DNA of 64,000 nucleotides. Origin: Carcharhinus longimanus. Taxonomy: Eukaryota. Positions 61,941 to 64,000 of the stretch are shown here, one piece after another. The position numbers were made by a program, and so were the translations under genes. Within the stretch, counting starts at the first letter, position 1; each line of letters opens with the position of its first letter. The notes below the pieces were generated by a model. The model ran no database searches. It had not been told where the DNA came from and worked only from the letters and a program-made list of their open reading frames with translations. The stretch is taken from NCBI GenBank assembly GCA_030264375.1, contig JASCQW010000032.1, positions 70,508,581-70,572,580 on the forward strand, written 5' to 3'.

Positions 61941-62897
61941 TACAGGTCTTCCTCACTTCTTCCCCTCCTGTATGGTCAGGCTGCTTGGCCCTGTCTGCAC
62001 TGTCTAGAGGAACTAGCACCCTCATTAGCCTCCAAAATGAAATACCGATTTCGCGAGCGGGACCCCTTAATTATCTACCTGTTTTTCTTGGCCTGCTCGC
62101 TGGTCACCCATTCCCTCCCTTCCACAATGCTCTCAGACTCGCATTAGATCGCACTTAACATCCCACCACTCGTTCTCCTGGGTCCCTAACCTGGAATTCA
62201 GCCTGACATATGAATTAGCACATCATGTTAGAAAATAACCCCACAAAATTGGTGTCCCCTCCCACCAACCCCATCCTGGGGTGAATATTCATTATGGATA
62301 ATTGCCACTAATTGCCCCCATTTGCAGGCATTTGAGGAAGCTATGAAAATAAGCACTTTTTGATGGCACAGTACCAGGACACTAATAGGTATGTTTTAAA
62401 AGCTTCTTGAATATAATTACTTTTAAGTGAGGAAATTAATTTTTTCTGTACGGATTTAAAACAATCACTTTCAGTAATTTAAATCGGAGTACTCACGGGC
62501 ACAGGCTCAGGTTAAAAAAGCTTATTTTGGTGATAAGCCATTTCCAGCTGTATAAAAGACCTGCTTTGGTCCTTCTCAGGTTTGCAGGTGTAATGAAAAG
62601 AAAATGTGGCATCGCTTTGTGCACTTCTCCTCCTGGGGTTGGTGTCATTCCTGGTTGGAAACTGAATTGGTGTAAATTCCCACCTGCAAAGATTTAGGGG
62701 TCTTTACAAAAGCGTTCAGCTACTTTATTTTTCTGTTCCACTTGCGTCACCAATGGATTTCCCAAGAGATGTAAATCTTTTGGAGGAAGAAGAGGGGGAT
62801 GAATGGAGGGATACCAAGAATGCCTGGCTGCACCAACGGGATTGTGTACCATTCGTTGGTACCCTCAAATCCACATCTGCCATCAGAGGTTGGCATT

Positions 62898-63305
62898 TCC
62901 TTTATCCATTCACAGGATGTGGGTGTCACTAGCAATTTATTGTCTATCACTCATTACTTTTGACAAAGGTGCTGGGAAGCTGCCTTTTTGAGTAGTGCAC
63001 GGGGCCAATTCAAACAGTAGTTTTAAGTCAACCACGTTGTTATGGGTCTGGACTCACATATAGACCAGACCAGGTAAGGATAGTAGGTTTCCTTCCCTAA
63101 AGGGCATTAGTGAATCAACTGGGGGTTTGAACAACAATCTGGTAGTTTCATGGTCACTATTACTGACAGTAGATTTTTATTCCAGGTTTATTTAATTAAC
63201 TGAAGTTGAATTTCCCAGATAGAATTTCCCACCAAGGGATTTGAACTCCTGTCGCAAAATTATCAGTTTAGGCCTCTGGGACAAACCCAGTAAAATAACC
63301 AAAAT
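62898..63305 (-). mobile_element. tRNA-SINE family C, decayed full-length
   Basis: Matches 32700-33057 along its length. Confidence 0.75.
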
Positions 63306-64000
63306 ATTCTGTACCCATATTTCATTTGGGGAGCACATTAATACACACGGGGAGTTGTATTCCAAAAGGAGNNNNNNNNNNNNNNNNNNNNNNNNNNNNN
63401 NNNNNNNNNNNNNNNNNNNNNNNNNNNNAGACAATCTCTGAAAGAAAACCAATTGCAGTGTGCTGTAGTTTAAGTAATATGGATAAGAATGAAGATGCGC
63501 CATAGGCTGATTGGTCAGGTCCACATAACTAAACAGATCTGCACCAGACAACAACTGCGAATGCGGGATATTGCCTTCCCAGGTTCTGAGTTAGCAGAAG
63601 GCCAGATACACAGCCAAGCCACTTCCTGTGAGAGTACTCGGAGCTACCCTGCCATTAAATAAAGAAAGACAATTCCTCTGAAATACTGAAAGAAATTGTA
63701 GGCCATCTTGTAAAAACAAATGGAAGGAAAGATTGCAGCAAAGGAAGAAAAGAAAATAAGCTGAGTAAATTAAACAAGATGAACAGAAGGAGAGAACTAG
63801 TTCAACAGAAGTGAAAAGGAGAGAAACACAGAATTGTTTTGCTGCATTTTCAGTGTATTCAAACCTGCCTATGTGTGGTGAAGCACATAGACAGAGCAGG
63901 GAGAGAAAAACGGAATGACAGAGAATTCTGAATGCAGAATGTGGCTGAGATTTTCTGACTTTGAGATTGTTAGCCCATAATTTACTGCCTTAAATGAGCA

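Noticed and set aside
63440-63960. Possible LTR/promoter-like sequence (CCAAT on minus, ETS site, AATAAA)
   Set aside because: Adjacent to a gap and the window end; no termini or second copy to support a call.

Overview
Vertebrate nuclear DNA, almost certainly from a shark (HE1/V-SINEs, Deu-domain SINEs, CR1 and L2 relics), from a gapped draft assembly. The window is almost entirely intronic. I find one protein-coding exon (44428-44533, + strand, 106 nt, AG/GT, phase 1/2), which encodes part of a RhoGAP domain best matching ARHGAP15. ORF-track entries are chance ORFs, N-run artefacts or decayed transposon fragments. The rest is transposon debris (SINEs, LINE ends, Gypsy LTR relics, MITEs) between AT-rich, repeat-free blocks that look like conserved non-coding elements of the ARHGAP15-GTDC1-ZEB2 regulatory block. 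That is an inference and needs alignment. The most notable signal is about 10 short Penelope-like terminal-repeat insertions in two families. Most carry a recognisable minimal type I hammerhead ribozyme motif (CUGAnGA-A-stem II-GAA-palindromic AGCU/ACGU-H), several have target-site duplications and internal inversions, and all are primarily oriented so the ribozyme is antisense to the host pre-mRNA. There are also candidate recursive splice motifs (YnCAG|GT) in the long intron. Repeat names come from recall of family consensus features, not from a database search.
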